Origin: Acidobacteriota bacterium
GTDB lineage: Bacteria > Acidobacteriota > Aminicenantia > UBA2199
Length of the DNA: 60,036 bases
Direction: 5' to 3'
NCBI GenBank assembly: GCA_018897435.1
Contig: JAHIKI010000049.1
Span: forward strand, 1 to 60,036
In this document: one piece after another, positions 17,270 to 26,264 of the stretch
How the letters are laid out: every line of letters begins with the position of its first letter
How positions within the stretch are numbered: the stretch's first letter is position 1
Notes under the pieces: generated by a model
What the model was told of the DNA's origin: nothing
What the model saw: only the letters and a program-made list of their open reading frames with translations
Database searches by the model: none
Translations under genes and position numbers: made by a program

Positions 17270-18985
17270 ATGGCAATGCGTTTAGGAGATTTTTTACTTA
17301 AGGAAAAAAAGTTAACGGAAGAGAAGCTTCAGCACGCGTTGGAGGTCCAAAAAAAGGAACCGGGAAAGCTCGGCAGTGTTTTGATCCGCCTCGGGCATGT
17401 AACCGAAGAAGACATCGCCCAGGTCTTGAGCAAGCAATTCGGCTACCCGTCGATCAACCTCACCAAGTTCGAGATTGACGAAAAAGTGATCGAACTGATC
17501 AAGCCCGACATCGCCCGCAAGCACGTGGTCATCCCCATTCACCGCATCGGTTCCAACCTGACCCTGGCCATGGCCGATCCCTCCAACCTGTTTGTCCAGG
17601 AGGAGATCCGCTTTACCACCAACCTGCGCATCCAGGCGGTCATCGCCCCCGAATCATCGATCCTGGAGGCCATCGACAAATATTACGGTTCTTCCACCGG
17701 CATCGAAGCCCAGAAGTTCCTTGACGAGATCGAATTGAGCGAGGACTCCACCGTGGAGGTCTTGGAGACCAAAGAAGATGAAGGCTTCATGGATGGGGAC
17801 ATCGACGAGGATGCCCCGGCTATCAAGCTGGTCAACCTGATCTTCAACGATGCCATCATCAAGGGCGCTTCGGATATCCATTTCGAGCCCTACGAAAAAG
17901 AGTTCCGCGTCCGCCTGCGCATCGACGGGATATTGCACGAGTACATGAAACCGCCCATGAACCTGAAAAACAAGGTTTCCTCGAGGCTGAAGATCATCTC
18001 AGGAATGGACATCGCCGAACGGCGCCTGCCCCAGGATGGCCGCATCAAAACCAGGATAGACACCAACACGGTCAAAAAAGTGGTTGATATGCGTGTTTCC
18101 TCGCTGCCCACCATCCACGGCGAAAAGATCGTCATCCGCATCCTGGACAAGGACCAGTTGAAGTTGGACCTGACCCAACTCGGTTTCGAACCCCTGTCCC
18201 TGCAGAAATTCGAAAAAAACATCAAGGAGCCCTGGGGCATCATCCTGGTCACCGGTCCCACCGGTTCGGGCAAGACCAACACCCTTTATTCGGCCGTGGC
18301 CAAACTGAATGACGATGAAGTCAACATCCTGACCGCGGAAAACCCGGTGGAATTCAATATTTTCGGCATCAACCAAGTCAACATCAAGGAGCAGATCGGC
18401 CTGACCTTCCCGGCCGCCCTGCGCACCTTCCTGCGCCAGGATCCCAACATAATCCTGGTGGGCGAGATCCGTGATTTTGAAACCGCCGATATCGCCATCA
18501 AAGCCGCCCTGACCGGCCACCTTGTTCTTTCCACCCTGCATACCAATGATGCGCCGTCCACCCTGGCCCGCCTGATCAATATGGGCATCGAACCTTTCCT
18601 GGTGGCCAGCGCCCTGCGCCTGGTCCAGGCCCAGAGATTGATCCGCCGGCTCTGCAGCAGCTGCAAATCCAGCGGCAAGATCCCGGCCCAGACCCTGATC
18701 GAGATCGGTTTCACCCCAGAAGAAGCCAAGGCCGTCCAGATATTCGAACCCAAAGGCTGTGACAAATGCAGCAACACCGGGTATAAAGGCCGGATCGGCT
18801 TGTTTGAAGTCATGGAACTCGATGATGAGATACGCGAGATGATCATGATCGGGGCTTCGACTTCGGAGTTGCGGCAAAAAGCCAAGGAAAAAGGGATGAT
18901 GACCCTGCGCCAGAGCGGGCTGGAAAAGATCAAGCAGGGGATCACCTCCATCGAAGAAGTTTTAAGGGAAACGACGAGATTGTAA
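17270..18985 (+). CDS. pilB: type IV pilus assembly ATPase PilB (GspE family)
   Basis: 571 aa with an N-terminal T2SSE_N/MshEN-like domain, Walker A GPTGSGKT and tetracysteine CSSC...CDKC. Confidence 0.9.
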   Translation: MAMRLGDFLLKEKKLTEEKLQHALEVQKKEPGKLGSVLIRLGHVTEEDIAQVLSKQFGYPSINLTKFEIDEKVIELIKPDIARKHVVIPIHRIGSNLTLAMADPSNLFVQEEIRFTTNLRIQAVIAPESSILEAIDKYYGSSTGIEAQKFLDEIELSEDSTVEVLETKEDEGFMDGDIDEDAPAIKLVNLIFNDAIIKGASDIHFEPYEKEFRVRLRIDGILHEYMKPPMNLKNKVSSRLKIISGMDIAERRLPQDGRIKTRIDTNTVKKVVDMRVSSLPTIHGEKIVIRILDKDQLKLDLTQLGFEPLSLQKFEKNIKEPWGIILVTGPTGSGKTNTLYSAVAKLNDDEVNILTAENPVEFNIFGINQVNIKEQIGLTFPAALRTFLRQDPNIILVGEIRDFETADIAIKAALTGHLVLSTLHTNDAPSTLARLINMGIEPFLVASALRLVQAQRLIRRLCSSCKSSGKIPAQTLIEIGFTPEEAKAVQIFEPKGCDKCSNTGYKGRIGLFEVMELDDEIREMIMIGASTSELRQKAKEKGMMTLRQSGLEKIKQGITSIEEVLRETTRL

Positions 18986-18995
18986 GGAGAGAAGC

Positions 18996-20144
18996 ATGGC
19001 ATTGCCACTTCCGCAATTGTTGAAGATCATGGTGGACGAAGGCGGTACCGACCTGCACATCACCACCAATTCCCAACCGCTGATCCGTATCCATGGCCTC
19101 TTGAAGAGAATTGAGCATCCGGTGCTTTCTCCGGCCGAAACCAAGCAAATGATATACAGCATTCTCAATGACAACCAGAAATACAAATTCGAAGAGAACT
19201 GGGAACTCGATTTTTCCTTCGGCATCAAGGGGCTGGCTCGTTTCCGAGCCAATGTCTTCATGCAGCGCGGCGCCGTGGCCGGAGCTTTCCGCCGCATACC
19301 CTACGAGATCTGGTCATTTGAAAAACTGGGCCTGCCGTCTATTGTCCCAACCATGACCAACAAGGCCCGCGGTTTGATCCTGGTCACCGGTCCGACCGGT
19401 TCGGGAAAAACCACGACACTGGCCTCCATGATCGACAAGATCAACAAGGAGAACCCAGTGCATATAATCACCATCGAGGACCCCATCGAGTACCTGCATT
19501 CCCACCGCAAGGCCATGGTCAACCAGCGTGAATTGCACGCCGATACCAAAAGCTTTCCCCTGGCGCTGCGTTCGGTTCTGCGCGAGGACCCCGATGTGGT
19601 GCTGATTGGTGAAATGCGCGACCTGGAGACCATCCAGGCCGCCATCACCATCGCCGAGACCGGTCACTTGACCTTCGCCACTCTCCACACCAACTCGGCC
19701 GCTCAGACCATCAACCGCATCATCGACGTCTTTCCTCCTCATCAGCAGGACCAGGTTCGCACCCAGTTGTCGATGAACCTGGAAGGCATCGTCACCCAAG
19801 CCCTGCTGCCAAAAGCCGACGGCCGGGGCCGGGTGCTGGCCATTGAAGTGCTCATCCCGACGCCGGCCATCCGCCACCTGATCCGCGACAACAAGATCCA
19901 CCAGATATACGCCTCCATGCAGATGGGGCAGGAAAAATTCGGCATGATCACTTTCAATCAGTCATTGGCCAACCTGTATTTCAAGCGTGATATTTCGCTT
20001 GAACTGGCCATGAGCGTTTCCCACAATCCTGAGGAACTGCAGGAATTGATCAACCGCGGTCCCACGGCCCTGTCCAGCCAGTTCAAGACAAGCCATGCCG
20101 CCGCGGCCGCCACTTCAGGCGCAAGCAAAGGGCCTTCATTTTAG
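18996..20144 (+). CDS. pilT: twitching motility retraction ATPase PilT
   Basis: 382 aa with Walker A GPTGSGKTTT and PilT signature AIRHLIRDNKIHQI. Confidence 0.9.
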   Translation: MALPLPQLLKIMVDEGGTDLHITTNSQPLIRIHGLLKRIEHPVLSPAETKQMIYSILNDNQKYKFEENWELDFSFGIKGLARFRANVFMQRGAVAGAFRRIPYEIWSFEKLGLPSIVPTMTNKARGLILVTGPTGSGKTTTLASMIDKINKENPVHIITIEDPIEYLHSHRKAMVNQRELHADTKSFPLALRSVLREDPDVVLIGEMRDLETIQAAITIAETGHLTFATLHTNSAAQTINRIIDVFPPHQQDQVRTQLSMNLEGIVTQALLPKADGRGRVLAIEVLIPTPAIRHLIRDNKIHQIYASMQMGQEKFGMITFNQSLANLYFKRDISLELAMSVSHNPEELQELINRGPTALSSQFKTSHAAAAATSGASKGPSF

Positions 20145-20155
20145 GAGGAAAAAAT

Positions 20156-21364
20156 ATGCCAATTTTTAAATACAGAGGTAAAAACAGGATTGGAAGCATT
20201 GTGGAAGGTGAACGTCGCGGCCTGAATTCCAATGAAATCATCACTGCCCTGGAAAAAGAAATGATCCAGGTGTTAAGTATCGAGCGCAAGAAACTTAAAA
20301 TCAATATCCCCTTTGTCGGTGGACGCAAGAGTGTTTCGCTCAAGACCATTGCCGTTTTCAACCGCCAACTTTCGGTCATGTTCAACGCCGGCCTGCCCAT
20401 CACCCAGGCCATTGGCATCCTGGGTAAGCAGCAAAAGGATAAGTTTTTCCAAAGTGTACTGCTTGAGGTCCGCAAGGATGTCGAAGGCGGGGCCAACCTG
20501 TCCAACGCCATGAAAAAGCATCCCAAGGTCTTCAATGAACTGTACACCAGCATGATACAGGCCGGCGAAGCTTCCGGTAATTTGGATACTATCCTGTTGC
20601 GCCTTTCACAATATGTTGAGAACATGAACAAATTGATCGGCAAAGTGAAATCGGCCCTGGCTTACCCGATTGCCGTCCTGGTGATCGCCCTCTTACTGAC
20701 CGGTGTCATTTTATGGAAGGTCGTTCCGGTTTTCACCGACATGTTCGGGCAATTGGGAGCCGAACTTCCCCTGGCGACCCAAATCGTGGTCGGAGCCAGC
20801 AATTTCCTGGTCGGCAATTTCTTCTTTGTCATCATTATCTTCGCCGTGCTCATCTTCGCTTTCCGCTCCTATAACGCCACCTTCAAGGGACGGCGTGTGA
20901 TCGACAACATCAAGTTGAAGATATGGATTTTCGGCGAACTCTTGGTCAAGGTGGCCGTGGCCCGCGTGACCCGCACCCTGGCCACCCTGTTGACTTCGGG
21001 AGTCGAGATCATCGAAAGCATGACCATCACCGCCAAGACGTCGGGCAACTCGATCATCGAAGACGCGGTGCTGAAAAGCCGCTCCCTGGTCCAGGAAGGA
21101 AAACCGTTATGGGAGTCCTGGGAAGAGACCAAGCGTTTCCCCTATATGGTGACCCAGATGGTCGCTGTCGGCGAGCAGACCGGCTCCCTGGCCACCATGC
21201 TCGGTAAAGTGGCCGATTTTTACGATGAAGAGGTAGACCAGGCCGTGACGGCTCTCGTGTCGTTGATGGAACCGATCATGATCCTGTTTCTGGGCGGCTT
21301 AGTCGGAGGCATTATCGTAGCCATGTATCTCCCCTTGTTCGATATCATCGGCAAAGTGGGTTAA
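20156..21364 (+). CDS. pilC: type IV pilus platform protein PilC (T2SS F family)
   Basis: 402 aa with two T2SSF repeats and three TM segments. It follows pilB and pilT. Confidence 0.9.
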   Translation: MPIFKYRGKNRIGSIVEGERRGLNSNEIITALEKEMIQVLSIERKKLKINIPFVGGRKSVSLKTIAVFNRQLSVMFNAGLPITQAIGILGKQQKDKFFQSVLLEVRKDVEGGANLSNAMKKHPKVFNELYTSMIQAGEASGNLDTILLRLSQYVENMNKLIGKVKSALAYPIAVLVIALLLTGVILWKVVPVFTDMFGQLGAELPLATQIVVGASNFLVGNFFFVIIIFAVLIFAFRSYNATFKGRRVIDNIKLKIWIFGELLVKVAVARVTRTLATLLTSGVEIIESMTITAKTSGNSIIEDAVLKSRSLVQEGKPLWESWEETKRFPYMVTQMVAVGEQTGSLATMLGKVADFYDEEVDQAVTALVSLMEPIMILFLGGLVGGIIVAMYLPLFDIIGKVG

Positions 21365-21374
21365 CAAGCGAAAC

Positions 21375-22964
21375 TTGATTGCCGTTGAAGATCAGAATCT
21401 GCATAAGAAATTAATTTTTCTCAATTCCATCCGCATTGCGATTTTGTCGGCCCTGGCCTTGGTTTCGGTCATCATTCTGCTTTTTTTCAACGCCCCTTTT
21501 GCGCTGCTGAGCATCATCATCTCCTTAACCGCGGCCGTCGCGATCAGCATCCTATTTTTTCCCTTGGGAAAATTGCTCAAAACCCGGAAACTGCTTTATG
21601 TCCAGCTGACGTTCGATATCTTGATGATCACCCTACTGGTGTACCTCTCCGGGGGCATCGTCAGTCCGTTTTACTTCCTTTACATCCTGCCTATCATCGT
21701 CGCTTCCATTTTCCTTTCCCGGCGCGATACGCTCATTATCGCCACGGTGTCGTTCATTTCCTTCGGGACGCTCTCCGACTTACTCTTCCTGGAAATCATC
21801 TCTTTTTATCCGAACTTCGCCGTGGGCGATGTCTCTTTGGGAACCTTCATTTACAACCTGCTAATGAGTTTCATCGCCTTTTCCAGCGTCAGTTTTATTT
21901 CTTCCTATTATTTTGAAAGGATAAAAAAGACCGGCCAGCAGCTGAAAAACATCCAGGAAAACCTGCAGGACATGATCCTGCTGAACAATTCGGTCATGGA
22001 AAAAATGGAGAACGGCTTCATCACATCCGACCCCCAGGGGCGGATCGTTTCCTTTAACGCCAAGGCCGCCGCTTTCCTGCGCCTGAAAAAAGGAGGAAAT
22101 ATTTTTGACCTGCTGCTGGCCAAGGATGAATTGCCCCAAATACGGAAGATATGGCAGAGCAACAACTCCTATTATTTTGAAAAAACCCTGCGCGGATTTT
22201 CGCTGGGGATTTCCCTTTCTTCCATTGAAAAAGTGTCGTCTTTCGAGCGCCTGCTCGTATTTCTGATCACCGACCTGAGCGCCATTAAGGAGATTGAAAA
22301 CAAGCTTAAGGAAAAAGAGCACCTGGCCTTGATAGGGGAAATGGCGGCCGGAATCGCCCATGAAATACGCAATCCGTTGACTTCGATCTCCGGCTCGGTG
22401 CAGTTTTTACGCCAGGGACTCACACTGGAGCCCGAATTAAAGAACCTGATGGACATCATCATCAAGGAATCGGACCGCCTTTCGGCTTTCATTGAAGAAT
22501 TCCTGAATTTTTCCAGGCAGTCGCCTCTGGAAATTTCGGAATTTGACTTGGCCGGAGTGGTGGATGACGTGGTGGCCATAATATCACACAACCTGGGTAC
22601 GGTGCGCTTCATTAAAAAATACAATCCCGGGAGCATGGTCCATGCCGATTTCAAGAGGATCAAACAGCTGGTCTGGAACCTGCTGAACAATGCCGTGAAA
22701 GCGCTGCAGGAACACGGCGAGATCGAGATCAATCTGTTTCAGGATGCCAAAGCCGTTTACTTGTCCATCCACGATTTTGGCGTGGGTATGGACCGCAATG
22801 AAGTCGAGAAGATCTTTATGCCTTTCTATTCCAAATTCGCCTTCGGCATTGGCCTGGGCATGAATATCGTTAAAAGGATCGTCGAGGAACATGGGTTCAA
22901 AATGGAGATCAAGTCCGAAAAAAATCTTGGCACCGAGGTAGTGATATGCTTCAACAGGCCGTAA
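21375..22964 (+). CDS. pilS: membrane sensor histidine kinase, PilS-like
   Basis: About six N-terminal TM helices, a PAS-like region, H-box AHEIRNPLTSI and a HATPase domain. Its position matches pilS in Geobacter-type clusters. Confidence 0.7.
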   Translation: MIAVEDQNLHKKLIFLNSIRIAILSALALVSVIILLFFNAPFALLSIIISLTAAVAISILFFPLGKLLKTRKLLYVQLTFDILMITLLVYLSGGIVSPFYFLYILPIIVASIFLSRRDTLIIATVSFISFGTLSDLLFLEIISFYPNFAVGDVSLGTFIYNLLMSFIAFSSVSFISSYYFERIKKTGQQLKNIQENLQDMILLNNSVMEKMENGFITSDPQGRIVSFNAKAAAFLRLKKGGNIFDLLLAKDELPQIRKIWQSNNSYYFEKTLRGFSLGISLSSIEKVSSFERLLVFLITDLSAIKEIENKLKEKEHLALIGEMAAGIAHEIRNPLTSISGSVQFLRQGLTLEPELKNLMDIIIKESDRLSAFIEEFLNFSRQSPLEISEFDLAGVVDDVVAIISHNLGTVRFIKKYNPGSMVHADFKRIKQLVWNLLNNAVKALQEHGEIEINLFQDAKAVYLSIHDFGVGMDRNEVEKIFMPFYSKFAFGIGLGMNIVKRIVEEHGFKMEIKSEKNLGTEVVICFNRP

Positions 22965-24346
22965 ACATACTGCTGGTGGATGACGATCACAGCCTGCGCA
23001 ACATGCTGTCGTTCGTCCTGGGCAAGGAGGGGTACCAGGTGGATGAAGCGGTGAGCGGCATGGACGCGCTGAAGAAGCTGAAAACCCGGAAATACGACCT
23101 GGTCATTTCCGACATCCGCATGCCCGGTCTGAACGGCATCGACCTGCTCAAAAAGATCAAGACCCACGACCAGGAACTGCCGGTGATCATGATCACGGCA
23201 TATGCCGCCACCCACGATGCCATCGAGGCCATGAAGCTCGGCGCCGAAGATTACATCATGAAACCGTTCAACCTGGAAGAGCTGAAGATCATCATCAACA
23301 AATCGCTGCACAAGAAAAGCATCGAAAAAGAGAATATCGAGTTGAAGCAGAAGCTTTCCGACAAGGAAAACTTCGAGAACATCGTGGGTAGCGATCCCAA
23401 GATGGGCAAAATCTTCGAGCTGATCAGCACCGTAGCCCAGACCGACTCCACCGTGCTGATCAGCGGCGAGAGCGGCACGGGCAAGGAACTGATCGCCCGG
23501 GCCATTCACGCCAAGAGTAGTCGCGCCAATCAAAAATTCGTTTCCATCAACTGCGGGGCCCTTCCAGAAAATTTACTGGAAAGCGAATTGTTCGGCCACA
23601 AGAAAGGCGCTTTCACCGATGCCTACCAGGACAAGGAAGGGCTTTTCGAGGCGGCCAGTCTGGGGACGCTGTTTTTGGATGAAATTTCGGAAATGTCGCA
23701 GAAAATGCAGGTCAAGGTTCTGCGCGGAATTCAGGAAAAGGTGATCCGCCGCGTTGGCGGGAACAAAGAAATTGCCGTGGACGTGCGCATCATCACGGCG
23801 ACCAACCGAGACCTGGCGGAAAGCATCGAGAAAGGGGAATTCCGTTCCGACCTCTATTATCGGCTGAATGTGATCTCCATCAAGGTCCCGCCGTTGCGCG
23901 AGCGCAAAGAAGACATTCCCATTTTGATGCAGCATTTTCTGCAGCGCTACAACCAGAAATTCGCCAAGAACATCCAGGGCTTCGATAAAAGGGTATTTGA
24001 ATGCTTTGCCAACTACCGCTGGCCGGGGAACGTTCGTGAATTGGAGAATTTCATTGAGAGGGGCGTCGCCCTGGAGAAAGACGAAGTGATCCGCGCCAGT
24101 TCGCTGCCGGCGGAAGTGATCTACAATATGGACCCCAGCCAAAGCAGCGGAGCGGATTGGCCCATTCTGCTCGACGCCGGGGATTTTGATTTCAATCAGT
24201 ATATCGATAACTTGAGCAAGAGCATCATCATCAAGGCCTTGGAGATGAGCAACGGCAATGTAAAAAAAACAGCGCTGCGGCTGAAGGTTAACTACCGTTC
24301 GCTGCGCTACCTGATCGAGAAATACAATTTGAAGCTTCGTTCCTGA
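22946..24346 (+). CDS. pilR: sigma54-dependent response regulator, PilR-like (NtrC family)
   Basis: Receiver domain (DIRMPGLNG), AAA+ with GESGTGKE and GAFTDA loop, and a C-terminal Fis-type HTH. Confidence 0.85.
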   Translation: MLQQAVNILLVDDDHSLRNMLSFVLGKEGYQVDEAVSGMDALKKLKTRKYDLVISDIRMPGLNGIDLLKKIKTHDQELPVIMITAYAATHDAIEAMKLGAEDYIMKPFNLEELKIIINKSLHKKSIEKENIELKQKLSDKENFENIVGSDPKMGKIFELISTVAQTDSTVLISGESGTGKELIARAIHAKSSRANQKFVSINCGALPENLLESELFGHKKGAFTDAYQDKEGLFEAASLGTLFLDEISEMSQKMQVKVLRGIQEKVIRRVGGNKEIAVDVRIITATNRDLAESIEKGEFRSDLYYRLNVISIKVPPLRERKEDIPILMQHFLQRYNQKFAKNIQGFDKRVFECFANYRWPGNVRELENFIERGVALEKDEVIRASSLPAEVIYNMDPSQSSGADWPILLDAGDFDFNQYIDNLSKSIIIKALEMSNGNVKKTALRLKVNYRSLRYLIEKYNLKLRS

Positions 24347-24362
24347 CCGCTTCCGGTCCATC

Positions 24363-24391
24363 TTGACTTTTGTTGGTGATACTGTTATAAA
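24363..24391 (+). promoter_or_regulatory. sigma70-type promoter TTGACT-17-TATAAA
   Basis: TTGACT at 24363-24368 and TATAAA at 24386-24391, upstream of the OMP gene at 24413. Confidence 0.45.
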
Positions 24392-24412
24392 CAGCCCTTT
24401 TACGGGGTATTG

Positions 24413-24988
24413 ATGAAAAAAATATTTTTATTTTTGCTTGTTTTTTTGCAATTGCTGGTCCTGCCTGCCATTGCAAGCGGTAAACAAACAGCCGCCGCCC
24501 CCAGTTTTTCCCTGACGGCTTTGGCCGGTCGGCGCGACTTCTCGAGCGCTGATTTTAGGAAAATTTATGACGGCAGCCAGTTGGCATTCGGCCTTGACCT
24601 GGGCTACCGCCTGGGTAAAAAATTCGCTATTTTTATTTCTGGCCAGCACCTTTCCGCCACCGGGGAATTATCCTACAGCAAGGAGACGACAAGTTTTCGC
24701 TTGATCAGCCTGGAAGGTGGTGCCAGGTTGGCATTGCCCATGGGGCGTTTTGTCCCCTATGCGGGAGCCGGGGCGGGGTATTATTTGATAAGGGAAGAGA
24801 ATGTCATCGCCACCATGGATGAAAAAAAAGCGGGATTTTTTGCATTGGGCGGCCTGCGCTTCCATTTTTCGAAGGCGTTTTTCGCCGCCGCGCAGGTGAA
24901 GTTCGTTTCCCTTGAACTCAAACCTCTCAGCAAGTCGGTCGATCTGGGCGGCTGGTTTGCCGGCGGCGGGATCGGCGTGATGTTTTAA
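24413..24988 (+). CDS. small outer-membrane beta-barrel protein (OmpA-beta-barrel/OmpW-like)
   Basis: Signal peptide ending AIASG, about 8 amphipathic strands and terminal F (GGIGVMF). Confidence 0.7.
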   Translation: MKKIFLFLLVFLQLLVLPAIASGKQTAAAPSFSLTALAGRRDFSSADFRKIYDGSQLAFGLDLGYRLGKKFAIFISGQHLSATGELSYSKETTSFRLISLEGGARLALPMGRFVPYAGAGAGYYLIREENVIATMDEKKAGFFALGGLRFHFSKAFFAAAQVKFVSLELKPLSKSVDLGGWFAGGGIGVMF

Positions 24989-24995
24989 TTTTTCT

Positions 24996-25406
24996 TTACC
25001 GGTGCAGCAATAAAAAATTAAAATGGCGCGCTATTCCAGTGCCGCTTTTTTTGCTTAGCCGTTTTCCCAGGATGCGAAAGGCCGCCAGTCCGGCCAGCGA
25101 CCCGAGAATATCGTAAAGCCAGTCCAGCAGGGAGAAAACCCGGCCGGGAACCGTCAACTGGTGCCACTCGTCGAGAATGCCCAGAAAGGTCAGTGCCAAA
25201 AGGGCCGCGGCCAGGCAAGACCAGCGCCCGGGCCTTGGGAATACCTGGATGAAAAAGAAAGCCAGGGCGAAATATTCCAGGAAGTGGGGAATAAAATCGG
25301 GGACATGCGATGGCAGTGAACTGGCCGGCAGGGAAGAGAGCAGAAAAATGGACAGGTAGATCAGCAGTGAAATTCCCCCGGCAGTGAACCTGGCCCGGGA
25401 ATTCAT
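24996..25406 (-). CDS. VanZ-like family membrane protein
   Basis: 136 aa with 4 TM. Motifs HFLEYFALAFF and DEWHQ...GR...DWLYD are typical of VanZ. Confidence 0.7.
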   Translation of the reverse strand: MNSRARFTAGGISLLIYLSIFLLSSLPASSLPSHVPDFIPHFLEYFALAFFFIQVFPRPGRWSCLAAALLALTFLGILDEWHQLTVPGRVFSLLDWLYDILGSLAGLAAFRILGKRLSKKSGTGIARHFNFLLLHR

Positions 25407-25418
25407 GGGACTTTTGCT

Positions 25419-25592
25419 TTAAATAAAATACATGAGCCAGCTGAAGAGAAAGACGCCGCCGGCCATGTATAAGAAGAGTTTCAGGGCATAGCGGAAAATG
25501 TGGCGCCCATCGTTGTACTTGATAAAAGCCAGCAGGGTGGAAACGATCAGGGCGAAGATCAGCATGGAGAGGACATGACTTTTAAAGATCAC
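25419..25592 (-). CDS. possible 57-aa two-TM membrane peptide (below the ORF-track cut-off)
   Basis: The GTG start overlaps the upstream stop as GTGA. It translates to VIFKSHVLSMLIFALIVSTLLAFIKYNDGRHIFRYALKLFLYMAGGVFLFSWLMYFI. Confidence 0.35.
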   Translation of the reverse strand: MIFKSHVLSMLIFALIVSTLLAFIKYNDGRHIFRYALKLFLYMAGGVFLFSWLMYFI

Positions 25593-25951
25593 GTTTTCCT
25601 CCCTTTGGCGATGTCGAAAGCGTTCAGGGCCACCAGGTAATTGAGCAATCCGGCCGCTGCCAGGTAGGCGGTGCCGTAATGATACGTTACGGCTTTGATG
25701 TCCCCGGCAGCCAGGTGGGTCATGCGAATGATGATGTAAAGCAGGCCGTTACCCAGATCGCCGAGAAAGCCCAGCAGCAGCAGGGGGTGCAGGACGGAGG
25801 TGTCGTAGAAACGGCCTTTCATAAGCAGGCCCATGACCAGCAGGGAGACGATGCCGCAAAAAAAGACCAGGGCTTTCAGCTTTTTTTTCTGCAGCAGATG
25901 CCCAAGCCCCGGAACCAGCCAGGCGAGTATGAAAATTGCGTATGGATTCAT
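25589..25951 (-). CDS. small integral membrane protein, unknown function
   Basis: 120 aa with 4 predicted TM. The N-terminus WLVPGLGHLLQKK resembles TM2/DUF-type membrane proteins. Confidence 0.55.
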   Translation of the reverse strand: MNPYAIFILAWLVPGLGHLLQKKKLKALVFFCGIVSLLVMGLLMKGRFYDTSVLHPLLLLGFLGDLGNGLLYIIIRMTHLAAGDIKAVTYHYGTAYLAAAGLLNYLVALNAFDIAKGRKT

Positions 25952-25984
25952 TGAACACAGTATACCGCAGGACTGCGGGAATTA

Positions 25985-26212
25985 CAAGTTCGATGTTTGA
26001 ACTTGAATGAAAAAAATAGCAATTAAATTCCAAATAACAAATCCCAAATAAATTCCAAGTTCCAAATTCCAATGTCCCAAACGAAGACACTTTCAGGTTA
26101 TCTTTTCTTTGTTTTGGTCATTTGGTTATTGGAATTTGGTGCTTGTTTGTAATTTGGTGCTTGGGATTTGGAATTTTCTTTCTCGTCACGCGTCACTTGT
26201 CACGGAGCTCGC
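25985..26212. repeat. heptad-periodic hairpin element E2 (CCAAATT type plus flanking arms)
   Basis: Left arm AAATTCCAAATAACAAATCCCAAATAAATTCCAAGTTCCAAATTCCAATGTCCCAAAC lies at 26025-26082. Right arm TTTGTTTTGGTCATTTGGTTATTGGAATTTGGTGCTTG...GGGATTTGGAATTTT lies at 26108-26178. The tail is CTCGTCACGCGTCACTTGTCACGGAGCTCG. Confidence 0.8.
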
Positions 26213-26264
26213 TTCATTTTCGGCCTTTCTTTCCCGCCTGTTTTTAGGTATAATAAGGACGAAA

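Noticed and set aside
24347-24412. Sigma54 (-24/-12) promoter downstream of pilR, as upstream of pilA in Geobacter
   Set aside because: No TGGCAC-N5-TTGC-like element is present. A sigma70-like TTGACT-17-TATAAA is found there instead. TGGCAG at about 16013 and 53816 lacks the -12 TTGC.
26109-26264. 52-codon N-terminal extension of the REC-LpxC ORF
   Set aside because: It is translated from the right arm and tail of hairpin E2 (FGYWNLVLVCNLVLGIWNF). The receiver domain begins exactly at MKKILIVDD (26265).
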